Shown: positions 10,504 to 18,893, counted from the first letter of the stretch. The stretch is 64,000 nt of DNA from an uncultured delta proteobacterium (GCA_963816395.1 CAWFKQ010000006.1:96001-160000); one strand, 5' to 3'. The notes: a model not told the origin generated them from the sequence alone. Program-made: numbers and translations.

Positions 10504-11894
10504 GCAGGAAGCGACTGAAAACTATTTTTATGCCGGCTCTTGTGGCCCTCCTGCTGCTGACGGCAGGTTGTCTGCCCGACCTGGCGCACCGGGAGCCTTC
10601 GGATCTGAAACGGATGCCGCAGGAGCCGCTGGCCTACCTCGATCCGGCCACCGCCCGGCAGCCGCTCCTGGCGCTCGAGCAGCAGCAGGCAAGGGCCGCC
10701 GAATTTCTGGAGCGGTTCTTTCTTGCCTGGCACACCGAGGCGCCGCTGGAGAGCACCCGCCATCCCTTCTGGGCCATCGACTGGCTCGGCGAAAATACGG
10801 CGTTCGGTGAAAACCTCCGCCCGGTGGGACCCGCGCGGCTCCAGGAGCTGATCCGTCTGGCTGGCCGGGAACTCTACCCGAGCCTTAATCGACGGGCCAT
10901 TACCGTGCGCCGTTGCGACCTGCGGGCGCTGCCCACCAATCGCCCATTCTTTAACGACCCCCACGAGGCGGGAGAGGGTTTCCCGTTTGACCTCCTGCAG
11001 CATGCCGCCCTGGCTGCCAATACCCCGGTGCATGTGACGCACCAGAGCGCGGACGGCACCTGGGTCTTCGTCGAAACTTCCCTGGCCTACGGCTGGATCC
11101 CGGTGACGGACCTTGCCTGGGTGGATGATACATTTGTCCGGGCCTTCCAATCCGGCCACTACCTGGCCCTCACCCGCGATCAGGTGCCGGTTGACGATAC
11201 GGGGGGAATTTACCGTTTCCGCGCCGGAATCGGGACGCTCCTCCCTGTGCGCGGCACTGCGGCCGGGGGATACCAGGTTCTGCTCGCCGTTGCGGACAAG
11301 GACCGACAGGCGCTCCTGACCGAGGGGACGATCCCCTTCGAGCGCGGGGAGATCTTTCCCCTGCCTTTGACCCGCCGGCGCCTCGCGGACCTGGCGGAGC
11401 GCATGGTGGGCCAGCCTTACGGTTGGGGCGAGAGTTTTGCCGACCGGGACTGCTCGGCCACGATACGTGATCTGTTCGCTCCCTTCGGCCTCTGGCTGCC
11501 GCGCAATTCTTCCCAACAGGCCCGCGTCGGGTTGGTGATCCCCCTCTCCGACCTGAGTCCCCGCCAGCGGGAGCAGCGTCTGCTCGCGGAGGGGATCCCG
11601 TTTTTGACGCTGGTACGGCTCCCCGGTCACATCATGCTTTACCTGGGAGAGCACGAGGGACGTGCCGCGGTGCTGCACACCCTATGGGGACTGCGCACCC
11701 GAACTCCCTGGGGCCGGGAAGGGCGCTGGATCGTCGGCAAGACAGTGATTACCACCTTGGAACCCGGTCTGGAGCGGACCGGTCTCCTGGTCAGGATCGG
11801 CAATCTGCGCGATCGTATTGAAAGCATGAATATCCTGGCTGTTTCGAACAATGCTGTGGATCATGACCATGAAGATCATGCAGCAAATCATTGA
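10500..11894 (+). CDS. NlpC/P60 peptidoglycan endopeptidase lipoprotein with SH3b domains
   Basis: Lipobox LTAGC; GQPYGWG, RDCS, LPRNS and GHIMLYLG catalytic motifs. Confidence 0.9.
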   Translation: MSRKRLKTIFMPALVALLLLTAGCLPDLAHREPSDLKRMPQEPLAYLDPATARQPLLALEQQQARAAEFLERFFLAWHTEAPLESTRHPFWAIDWLGENTAFGENLRPVGPARLQELIRLAGRELYPSLNRRAITVRRCDLRALPTNRPFFNDPHEAGEGFPFDLLQHAALAANTPVHVTHQSADGTWVFVETSLAYGWIPVTDLAWVDDTFVRAFQSGHYLALTRDQVPVDDTGGIYRFRAGIGTLLPVRGTAAGGYQVLLAVADKDRQALLTEGTIPFERGEIFPLPLTRRRLADLAERMVGQPYGWGESFADRDCSATIRDLFAPFGLWLPRNSSQQARVGLVIPLSDLSPRQREQRLLAEGIPFLTLVRLPGHIMLYLGEHEGRAAVLHTLWGLRTRTPWGREGRWIVGKTVITTLEPGLERTGLLVRIGNLRDRIESMNILAVSNNAVDHDHEDHAANH

Positions 11895-11997
11895 TATTCA
11901 ACGTTCCGGGCTACCCTCTCCATTTTCTCACCACCGACCGCACAGCCGACGGTCACGCCCTCGGTTTCATAGTCGACCAAGCGATCCTAAAGATCGG

Positions 11998-12064
11998 GGA
12001 ATAAAAGGGGGAATAAAAGGGTCAAGCTTGACAAAAGGAATAAAAGGGGTCAAGCTTGACAAAA
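11998..12064 (+). repeat. Tandem copies of the element's left end, unit GGAATAAAAGGGGTCAAGCTTGACAAAA (about 2.5 copies)
   Basis: Partial copy 11998-12010, near-full copy 12010-12036, full copy 12037-12064; palindrome GTCAAGCTTGAC at 12021-12032 and 12049-12060. Confidence 0.85.
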
Positions 12065-12089
12065 GGAGATTTCATCCTATTCTTGTCCC

Positions 12090-13046
12090 ATGCCACGTAA
12101 ACCTCGACTTCATTACCCCGGAGCCGTTTACCACGTAATTCTTCGCGGCAATAGCGGGCAGGATATATTCTTCGATGCGGGCGACCGCACACGTTTTTTC
12201 CTGCTGCTGCAGGAAAGCGTTGAACGTTTCGGGCACCGTGTCCATGCCTTTTGCCTGATGACGACACACCTCCATCTGGCAATCCAGGTGGGGGATATCC
12301 CCCTCTCCCGCATCATGCAGAACATCGGATTTCGTTATACGCAGTTCATCAACAGGAAATATCGGCGAACCGGCCATCTATTTCAAGGGAGGTACAAACC
12401 GCTACTGATCGATGCCGACACCTACCTGTTGGAGTTGATCCGCTACATCCACCTTAACCCTGTCAGGGCCGGAATGGTATCTCAGCCGGAAGAGTATCCC
12501 TGGTCCAGCCATTGCAGCTACTTAGGGGCTGCCCCCAGGCCGCCATGGTTGACTTTTGAATGGGCGCTGGCACAGTTCGCAGAACAGAAAGGCCTGGCTG
12601 CCGAGCGATTCAAGACGTTTGTAGATGGCGGGATGGGAGAGGGACACAGGAAGGATTTCCACCGGGGCTCCTTCGAAGGTCGTGCCCTCGGGAATGATAC
12701 ATTTATCGATCAGGCATTACTAAAGGCCGAAGAAAATAAACGTGCCGGCATCACCCTGCCTCAGGTCATTGAAGCTGTCTGCTCGACATATCAACTGAGT
12801 ACTGCGGAATTGTGCGCTCCGGGAAAAGCGCAGCCGGCCGCTGAGGCAAGAGCTGTCACCGCCTTCTTTGTAAGGAATGCCGAGTCTCTACTCCTGCGCG
12901 ATCTGGCGAGTTTTCTAAACAGGGATCTTTCAGGCCTAAGCCAGGCAGCACTTCGGATCAGGCGGCGATCTGGCGAGGATGATCAATTGCGGATTACACT
13001 GGAGAGGGTATCTGAAAAGGTAAGAATCTCCTTTTGTCAAGCTTGA
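12090..13046 (+). CDS. REP-associated tyrosine transposase (RAYT; Y1/HUH) with a C-terminal helical (DnaA-C-like HTH) domain
   Basis: MPRKPR...YHVILRGN, FCLMTTHLHL (HUH), GHLFQGRY, YIHLNPVRAG and YPWSS motifs; the stop codon lies inside the right palindrome. Confidence 0.92.
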   Translation: MPRKPRLHYPGAVYHVILRGNSGQDIFFDAGDRTRFFLLLQESVERFGHRVHAFCLMTTHLHLAIQVGDIPLSRIMQNIGFRYTQFINRKYRRTGHLFQGRYKPLLIDADTYLLELIRYIHLNPVRAGMVSQPEEYPWSSHCSYLGAAPRPPWLTFEWALAQFAEQKGLAAERFKTFVDGGMGEGHRKDFHRGSFEGRALGNDTFIDQALLKAEENKRAGITLPQVIEAVCSTYQLSTAELCAPGKAQPAAEARAVTAFFVRNAESLLLRDLASFLNRDLSGLSQAALRIRRRSGEDDQLRITLERVSEKVRISFCQA

Positions 13047-13048
13047 CC

Positions 13049-14960
13049 GTACGCAGTAACAGTTGAATATCTAACGGGTTTAAGTCCCGTCCGAGGAGTT
13101 GTCCGTTCGCCTCGGTAGCTCAAGGGAGCGGCGCTCTGGCAACAGGGGGTCGTAAGTTCCCAATTGGCAAAGCAACAGGCCGTAACGCAAGTGAACCTAG
13201 ACGTAGCCTCGTAATTGTGATGAAGATGCCGACCCTGTGGTCAGAAGGGGAAGGCCGTCGTTACAGACTCTGAAAACGGAAACAGTCTGTGTAATCTTCC
13301 GGGGTAGCAGGGGCGGCATGTTGTGGAAGATATTTCAGCCCAGTGCTGGAGACCCGTTGCGGCGATGTTGAGGAACATCAACCGGCGCGTATAAGGCAAC
13401 GAAATCGCGTTGGGCCGTATCGGGAGTCGGAGGGGTCCATAGTACCGTTTGAGGAGCTGGGACAACATAACCCGCTTCGAGGGAAGGGACCCTGCTTTGT
13501 TCACGCAACCGAAGTGCAGAGGAGATGGGGATTGCAGCGATGCTAACAACCCCGGAAACAATCAGGACGCTACAGAGGAAGCTCTATCGCAAGGCCAAGC
13601 AGGAGCCGGCCTGCCGCTTCCACGCCTTGTACGACAAGGTCTACCGGGCTGATATCCTCAGTCACGCCTATGCCCTTGTCCGCGCCAAGAAGGGTAGCGC
13701 CGGCATTGACGGCGTCACCTTCGAAGTCATCGAGGCAAACGAAGGGGTCACCGCATTCATTGCGGAGCTGGAAGAAGCACTGAGAAACAAGACGTACAAA
13801 CCCGATCCCGTCAAACGGGTCATGATACCAAAGAGCGACGGCAGTCAACGTCCTCTCGGTATTCCGACTATCCGGGACCGGGTGGCGCAGATGGCCACAA
13901 AGTTGGTCATCGAGCCGATCTTCGAAGCGGATTTCTGCAAAACATCCTACGGATTCAGACCGAGGAAGTCAGCCCATGACGCAGTCGATGATGTTTCCAA
14001 GGCCATGAACACCGGCTACACCGAAGTCATCGATGCCGATCTTTCTAAATACTTCGACACCATTCCTCACGCCAATCTCATGACCGTGGTCGCCGAACGC
14101 ATCTGCGACGGCGCGATCCTGCACTTGATCCAGATGTGGCTCAAGGCGCCGGTTATGGAGGAGGACAAGGACGGGACGAAGCGGAATATCGGCGGCGGCA
14201 AGGGTAACTGCAGAGGGACGCCGCAGGGCGGGGTCATCTCACCGTTGCTGTCCAATCTCTACCTGCACCTACTGGACAGGATATGGGAGCGGAAGAACCT
14301 GCAACAACGGCTGGGCGCCCGCATCGTCAGATATGCGGACGATATTGTCATTCTCTGCCGGCGAAGTAAGTCCGAGCAGGCCATGGCGGTTTTGCGGCAA
14401 ATACTGGAGCGATTGGAACTAACCCTGAACGAGGCAAAGACCAAAATAGTCAATGCTTACAAGGGACAGTTCGACTTTCTCGGATTCACGATGTGGATGG
14501 GAAAAAGCAGAAGGACGGGCAATTACTACTCGCACGTCCAGCCGTCGAAAAAGTCCCTGAAGGCGATCGCGGGCCGCGTAACTGAACTCACAAAGAGAGT
14601 GAAAGCGCCCGTGCCGATTGAGAGGATTGTGAAGGAAGTAAATGCAGCCGTTCGCGGTTGGGTCGGTTACTTTCATTTCAAAAATTGTAGCAAGACGCTA
14701 TCTCATGTGCGACAGCACGTGGAAGAGCGGCTACGAACACACCTTCGCAAGCGGCACAAGATCAAAGGCAGGGGGGCCGGGTTTGCCCGGTTCGGCAGCC
14801 GAATCCTCTACGAGAATTACGGGTTGTATAAGGTGCCGACAACAGCGGGTTGGACAAGGGCGCATGCCCTGCGGTGAAGAACATCGGAAAGCCGTGTGCG
14901 GGAGAACCGCATGCACGGTTTGATGAGGGGGGGCAGGGTGACACCTGTTCTCTACTCTAC
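13049..14960 (+). mobile_element. Full-length group II intron (IIB-like ribozyme, RT/maturase without endonuclease domain)
   Basis: Domain V AAGCCGTGTGCGGGAGAACCGCATGCACGGTTTG at about 14889-14922; domain VI ending CTACTCTAC at 14960; 5' end GTACG; EBS1 loop GGTCAG at 13239-13244. Excision restores the host inverted repeat. Confidence 0.92.
13525..14877 (+). CDS. ltrA: Group II intron reverse transcriptase/maturase
   Basis: RPLGIPTIRDR, DADLSKYFD, GTPQGGVISPLL, RYADD, FDFLG and X-domain RGWVGYF motifs; no HNH tail. The start may be the Met at 13540. Confidence 0.97.
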   Translation: MGIAAMLTTPETIRTLQRKLYRKAKQEPACRFHALYDKVYRADILSHAYALVRAKKGSAGIDGVTFEVIEANEGVTAFIAELEEALRNKTYKPDPVKRVMIPKSDGSQRPLGIPTIRDRVAQMATKLVIEPIFEADFCKTSYGFRPRKSAHDAVDDVSKAMNTGYTEVIDADLSKYFDTIPHANLMTVVAERICDGAILHLIQMWLKAPVMEEDKDGTKRNIGGGKGNCRGTPQGGVISPLLSNLYLHLLDRIWERKNLQQRLGARIVRYADDIVILCRRSKSEQAMAVLRQILERLELTLNEAKTKIVNAYKGQFDFLGFTMWMGKSRRTGNYYSHVQPSKKSLKAIAGRVTELTKRVKAPVPIERIVKEVNAAVRGWVGYFHFKNCSKTLSHVRQHVEERLRTHLRKRHKIKGRGAGFARFGSRILYENYGLYKVPTTAGWTRAHALR

Positions 14961-15076
14961 CCTTTGGGCCCATGCAGAATTGACACAATTTCCGTGCTTC
15001 GGATAGTATTCAAGTCAGTAATACAAAAAGGAGCACCGGTCAGCGAGGTGCTCGGGATGGAGGGAAAAACCTGCCG

Positions 15077-15728
15077 ATGATTCTTCGCCCGTCTTGAAAA
15101 CCAACGCGGCTTCACCCTGCTGATGGTGCTGGTGATGATCGTCATTCTCGGCCTGGCCGCCGGCATGGCCGGCTCCACCTGGAAGACGATCATGCAGCGG
15201 GAGCGGGAGGCGGAACTGCTCTTCCGCGGCGACCAGTACCGCCGGGCGCTCGAGAGCTATTTTCGCCAGGGTCACGGCAATGTGTCCTCCGGACCGGTCG
15301 TCACCGGTACCCCGGGGCGGATCGGGTCCGGGCCGGGCGGGGGGAATTATCCCGCTGCCCTGGAGGATCTGGTACGCGACCCCCGTTCGGCAACTGTTGT
15401 GCGGCACCTCCGTAAACTTTACCCGGATCCGTTTACCGGCGAGAACTTCGTGCTGATCAAAGATCCGGCCGGGCGGATTAAGGGGGTGAAGAGCGCCAGC
15501 ACCCTGACGCCGTTCAAGGAGGATGGCTTCGCCAAGGAATACATCGACTTCAAAGGCGCGGCCAGCTACGGCGGCTGGCAGTTCGTCTACGAGCCGGGGC
15601 GGAACCGCTCTCAGAACACCACCGGCGGCACCACCATTCAGGGCCTGCCAGGCCGCAATCCGGCAGGGCAGATGCAGCTTTCCAATCCCTTCCCGGCCAT
15701 CCCCGGCGACGGCAACCCCTCCCAGTAA
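15077..15728 (+). CDS. Type II secretion pseudopilin (PulG-like) with prepilin cleavage site (indel near start)
   Basis: NQRG|FTLLMVLVMIVILG; REREAELLFRG, YPAALEDL and HLRKLYPDP motifs. Confidence 0.85.
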
Positions 15729-15766
15729 GACGCATTCCACCGCACGCTTCCGGTTTTTTTCATTTT

Positions 15767-15780
15767 TTGACCTGCATCAT
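15767..15780 (+). promoter_or_regulatory. Putative Crp/Fnr-family (HcpR-like) site TTGAC-N4-ATCAT
   Basis: Near match to TTGAy-N4-rTCAA, about 60 bp upstream of a three-gene redox operon. Confidence 0.5.
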
Positions 15781-15837
15781 GTTTTAATCGTCGCCCAGCG
15801 GTTATCCTGCGGTCACGATTGAGAAAGGAGAAGCGCC

Positions 15838-16065
15838 ATGAACCTCAAGCATGATCTCGGAAGCCAGGCGATCCAGGATGTCCTGAAAGCCCATCCCCCC
15901 ATCGGGGAGATCCTGTCCAGATTTGAAATCGGTTGCGTCACCTGCGGCGTCGGCATCTGTCTGCTGAAGGACGTGGTTGCCATCCATGCCCTCGGCCAGG
16001 AAGCCGAAGAGAAGATCGAGCAGGAGATCAACGCGTACCTGGAAAGCCTGGAAGAAACCGTTTAA
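15838..16065 (+). CDS. Small DUF1858/ScdA-N-like redox disulfide protein
   Basis: IQDVLKAHP...FEIGCVTCGVG...VAIHAL; strong RBS. Confidence 0.7.
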   Translation: MNLKHDLGSQAIQDVLKAHPPIGEILSRFEIGCVTCGVGICLLKDVVAIHALGQEAEEKIEQEINAYLESLEETV

Positions 16066-16105
16066 CGATAAAAAACCATTAGAAACCAACAGAAGGAGAT
16101 ACGTT

Positions 16106-16564
16106 ATGAAAGATCACGCCTGCGCCTGCCCCGGTGCCCAAGTGCGAATCATCGAGAAGAAGGAAAACACCGAAACAGCCGCGACCGGCCGGATCGAGTC
16201 CGAACTGCGCCAGTGGCCGACCCAGCTGCAGCTGGTCCCTCCCTTCGCCCCCTGGCTGAAGAATGCGCACCTGCTGGTCGCCGCCGACTGCACCCCGTTT
16301 GCCTATGCCGAGTTCCACCGCGATTTCATCAAGGGGCGGGTGCTGGTCAATGCCTGCCCGAAACTGGACGACACCACCCCGTATGTCGAGAAGCTGACCC
16401 AGATCCTGCAGCAGAACGAGATTCAATCGCTGACGGTGGCGATCATGGAGGTCCCTTGCTGCCGCGGCTTGGCGATGATGGCCCAGCGGGCCTTCGAGGC
16501 CTCGGGGAAGGAGATCCCCTTCGAGATCGCCGTGATCGGCGTCGATGGGGCGCGGAGAAGCTGA
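16106..16564 (+). CDS. Cys-rich Fe-S/redox protein (HCP-associated ferredoxin C-terminal domain)
   Basis: CACPG, LRQWPTQL, AADC, ACPKLD and MEVPCCRGL motifs; GAAGGAG RBS. Confidence 0.75.
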   Translation: MKDHACACPGAQVRIIEKKENTETAATGRIESELRQWPTQLQLVPPFAPWLKNAHLLVAADCTPFAYAEFHRDFIKGRVLVNACPKLDDTTPYVEKLTQILQQNEIQSLTVAIMEVPCCRGLAMMAQRAFEASGKEIPFEIAVIGVDGARRS

Positions 16565-16607
16565 TCACGCGTAACTGTTCAGTTCAGAGGAACGGGAAGG
16601 CTTCTTA

Positions 16608-16695
16608 ACGCAAAGGGCGCAAAGAAGAACGAAGGCGCAAAGAAACCGAAGCCGAATTCTGATGTTCTTGATTTCAACCTTTGCGCCTTTGCGTT
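16608..16695. repeat. Nonamer-type inverted repeat (CGCAAAG... / ...CTTTGCG)
   Basis: AACGCAAAGGGCGCAAAG...GGCGCAAAG against CTTTGCGCCTTTGCGTT. Confidence 0.7.
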
Positions 16696-16725
16696 GAAGA
16701 TTTAAGCCTTTGAAAGGAGCGAAAA

Positions 16726-17281
16726 ATGAAAACGGACGTCACCGCCCTGATGGTGGAGGAACACAAGCTGATTCTGCGCATGATCGCCGTGCTGGAAAAG
16801 AATACTGCCCTGATGGAGGCGGGACGCTTTCGCGACTGGGGCTTTTTCCTCGATGCGGTCGATTTCATCCGCAACTACGCAGACCACTTCCATCACGCCA
16901 AGGAGGAGGACGTCCTGTTCAAGGCGCTGGTGGCGAATGGGATGCCGGAGCAGAACTCCCCGGTTGCGGCGATGCTGATGGCGCATGACCAGGGACGGGC
17001 TTTTGTCTGGGGGATGGAGGAAGCGGCCCAGAAGGCCGCTGGACGGCGAACCCGGGCAGGCGGCGGCAATCGCCGAAAACGCCCGCGGCTACATCAACCT
17101 GCTGCGCGATCATATCGACAAGGAAGACAATATTCTGTACAAGCTGGCCGAACGGGTTCTGCCCGAGGAAGTGCGCCCGGCAATGGTTGAGGCCTATCGG
17201 GCGGCCGAGGCGAAAACCTCGGAATTGGGGGAGAAATACCATCGGCTGGTCGAGGCCTACGAGGCGAAGACGGCGGCCTAG
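16726..17281 (+). CDS. Hemerythrin-like (HHE cation-binding) protein (frameshift at about 17035)
   Basis: EEHKLI, DHFHHAKEEDVLF, AHDQGR and DHIDKEDNILY motifs. Confidence 0.9.
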
Positions 17282-17302
17282 GCGGCTCGTCCTCATTCAG
17301 GC

Positions 17303-17349
17303 AAGATGCAAAAAACCCCCGGTGACCGGCCGGGGGTTTTTTGCATCTT
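17303..17349. terminator. Bidirectional intrinsic terminator
   Basis: 20-bp perfect stem with A6/T6 arms between convergent genes. Confidence 0.9.
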
Positions 17350-17362
17350 TGCCGGCGGGGGT

Positions 17363-18199
17363 TTACTCGATGGTGCAGATCGCGTCCGCCCGGCGCACCA
17401 GCAGGGCGACCGTCTCGAAGACGCGGAAGATATGGTTCATGTTTTCCGAGGCGGTGTAGGATGTCACCAGATCCTGTCCCACCGCCAGGTTGAGGTTCTG
17501 CATGCCGGTGGCGACTACCACCGCCTTGTTGTCCCGGATGGCGGCCGAGGGATAGATCGGGCCGCGCAGCAGCGCCTTGACCTGGTCGAGTTCCAGCATG
17601 CCGGTGTTGCCGTAGACGCGTACCGTCTGCCCGTACAGGAAAGGGCTGACCGCCATGGCGTAGGGACCGTAATGGCCGGCGGTGGTCAGGGCGTTCACCG
17701 CCTTGACGGCGTCCGCGAGCGGCCCCCCGCCTTCCTGCCAATCGCCGATCCCCACGGTCAGCCGCCCCTCGACGGTCAGCAGCCCTTTCTGCCCCAGATC
17801 GCCGTGGCCGTTGAAGACAAGCTCGTCCTCCTTGACCGCTACGTCGGCGGCGGCTACCGCCGCGGTGCTGACGTCGAGTGGGATGCCCAGGTGCCGGTCG
17901 GCTTCGACGTCCCGCCAGAAGATTTTAAAATCCTTGAAGATAATCGGCATGTTGACGGTGATGCGGCGGTCCGCCTGAACGACCAGGTCGTCCCGGTCAC
18001 CGATCATGTCGATCCCGACCTCCTTGCGCCCGCTGAAGACGGCATGCGGCATGCTGTAGACCCCGGGTCCGAGAGGACCGAGGACCTCAATCATCTTGCG
18101 CCCCACCAGCATGGTGCGGGCGGTCTTCACCACCGCCTCGTCGATACGCTCCCATTCCTCTCCGGTCAGCGGGGCCGATTTCCTGTCGAGTATATCCAT
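17363..18199 (-). CDS. Family 1 encapsulin shell protein (linocin M18-like)
   Basis: MDILDRKSAPLTGEEWERIDEAV...LVGRKMIEVLGPLGPG; EDELVFNG; AVGQDL; GGAGG RBS. Confidence 0.93.
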   Translation of the reverse strand: MDILDRKSAPLTGEEWERIDEAVVKTARTMLVGRKMIEVLGPLGPGVYSMPHAVFSGRKEVGIDMIGDRDDLVVQADRRITVNMPIIFKDFKIFWRDVEADRHLGIPLDVSTAAVAAADVAVKEDELVFNGHGDLGQKGLLTVEGRLTVGIGDWQEGGGPLADAVKAVNALTTAGHYGPYAMAVSPFLYGQTVRVYGNTGMLELDQVKALLRGPIYPSAAIRDNKAVVVATGMQNLNLAVGQDLVTSYTASENMNHIFRVFETVALLVRRADAICTIE

Positions 18200-18222
18200 A
18201 AACCCTCCTTCGTGCAGGTTGT

Positions 18223-18630
18223 TCAAACCTCCTGATCGCGGCGGAACAGATCGCCCACCGTTGGTGCCGAGGCTGGCTCTCCGGTTTCCCCGGCCTCGCC
18301 GGCTCCGTTTCCGATTCGGCAGACCCTCCACCGAGTTTGGCCATCATCTCCCGCACTTCTTGTTCCCCCTCGGCGTAAAAAGCGTTCTCCTCGGGAGCCA
18401 GTGTCTTGAGCAGGGTCAGGAATTCGCCGGCATGCACCAGTTCCTCGTCGGCGATGTCCTTGAGCACCGACCTGGGCGATCTCATTGTCGATCGACTCCG
18501 CCAACTGCATGTAAAGCTGGACCGCCTCGTATTCGGCCGCAACCATGTAGCGGATGGCCCGGACCAGCTCTCCCTGCGTCAGCTTGCGGGAAGCAGCCAG
18601 CCCGGAAAAGGCGTTTGCGAATTCAGGCAT
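18223..18630 (-). CDS. Encapsulin-associated ferritin-like protein (Flp) with C-terminal cargo-loading peptide (two indels)
   Basis: AAEYEAVQLY...DIADEELVHAGEF ferroxidase motifs; acidic/Gly linker followed by PTVGDL. Confidence 0.88.
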   Translation of the reverse strand: MPEFANAFSGLAASRKLTQGELVRAIRYMVAAEYEAVQLYMQLAESIDNEIAQVGAQGHRRRGTGACRRIPDPAQDTGSRGERFLRRGGTRSAGDDGQTRWRVCRIGNGAGEAGETGEPASAPTVGDLFRRDQEV

Positions 18631-18827
18631 AAAATCTCCTCCTTTGCAACATGTCACCGGAAGTTGTTCTCCGGCGCGTTCCTTCCATTGGTGGCTCACG
18701 TACAAAAAGATATCAGCCATTTGCAGGGATACAACCGGTGGCGGGAGGAATTGGGTGGTTTGCGGAGGGTATTTCAATCTCCAGCCTGGAATTTGTCCGG
18801 CTGGCATTTTTCGGCTAAACTCCAGTC

Positions 18828-18875
18828 AGGTAGTGAGTAGCCGGAATTACTACCTCACTATCTTACTACTCACTC
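18828..18875. repeat. TAGTGAG/CTCACTA short inverted repeat
   Basis: ACTACCTCACTATCT (18849-18863) is the exact reverse complement of 1917-1931. Confidence 0.75.
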
Positions 18876-18893
18876 GGGGTTACGGAGGTGTGA

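Larger units (their letters stand above)
12043..14965 (+). mobile_element. RAYT-like Y1 transposase element with 29-bp terminal inverted repeats; right repeat interrupted by a group II intron
   Basis: Left IR 12043-12071 AAAGGGGTCAAGCTTGACAAAAGGAGATT. Right IR is 13025-13048 plus 14961-14965 and is a perfect reverse complement once the intron is removed. GC is lower than in the flanks. Confidence 0.8.

Noticed and set aside
11998..12064. 28-bp palindromic repeats as a mini-CRISPR array
   Set aside because: The copies are directly tandem without spacers, no cas gene is present, and they are explained as transposon ends.
13525..14877. RT as a retron, DGR or defence RT, or as a class C intron
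   Set aside because: Canonical domains V and VI and the maturase domain identify a group II intron. The AGC triad with a full-length domain V argues against IIC.
16726..17281. Hemerythrin as encapsulin cargo
   Set aside because: It is on the opposite strand in a separate operon, and its C-terminus (YEAKTAA) has no targeting-peptide motif.
18802..18816. Sigma54 promoter TGGCATTTTTCGGCT upstream of sixA
   Set aside because: GG-to-GC spacing is 9 rather than 10 and the -12 element is poor; unsupported unless a homopolymer base is missing.
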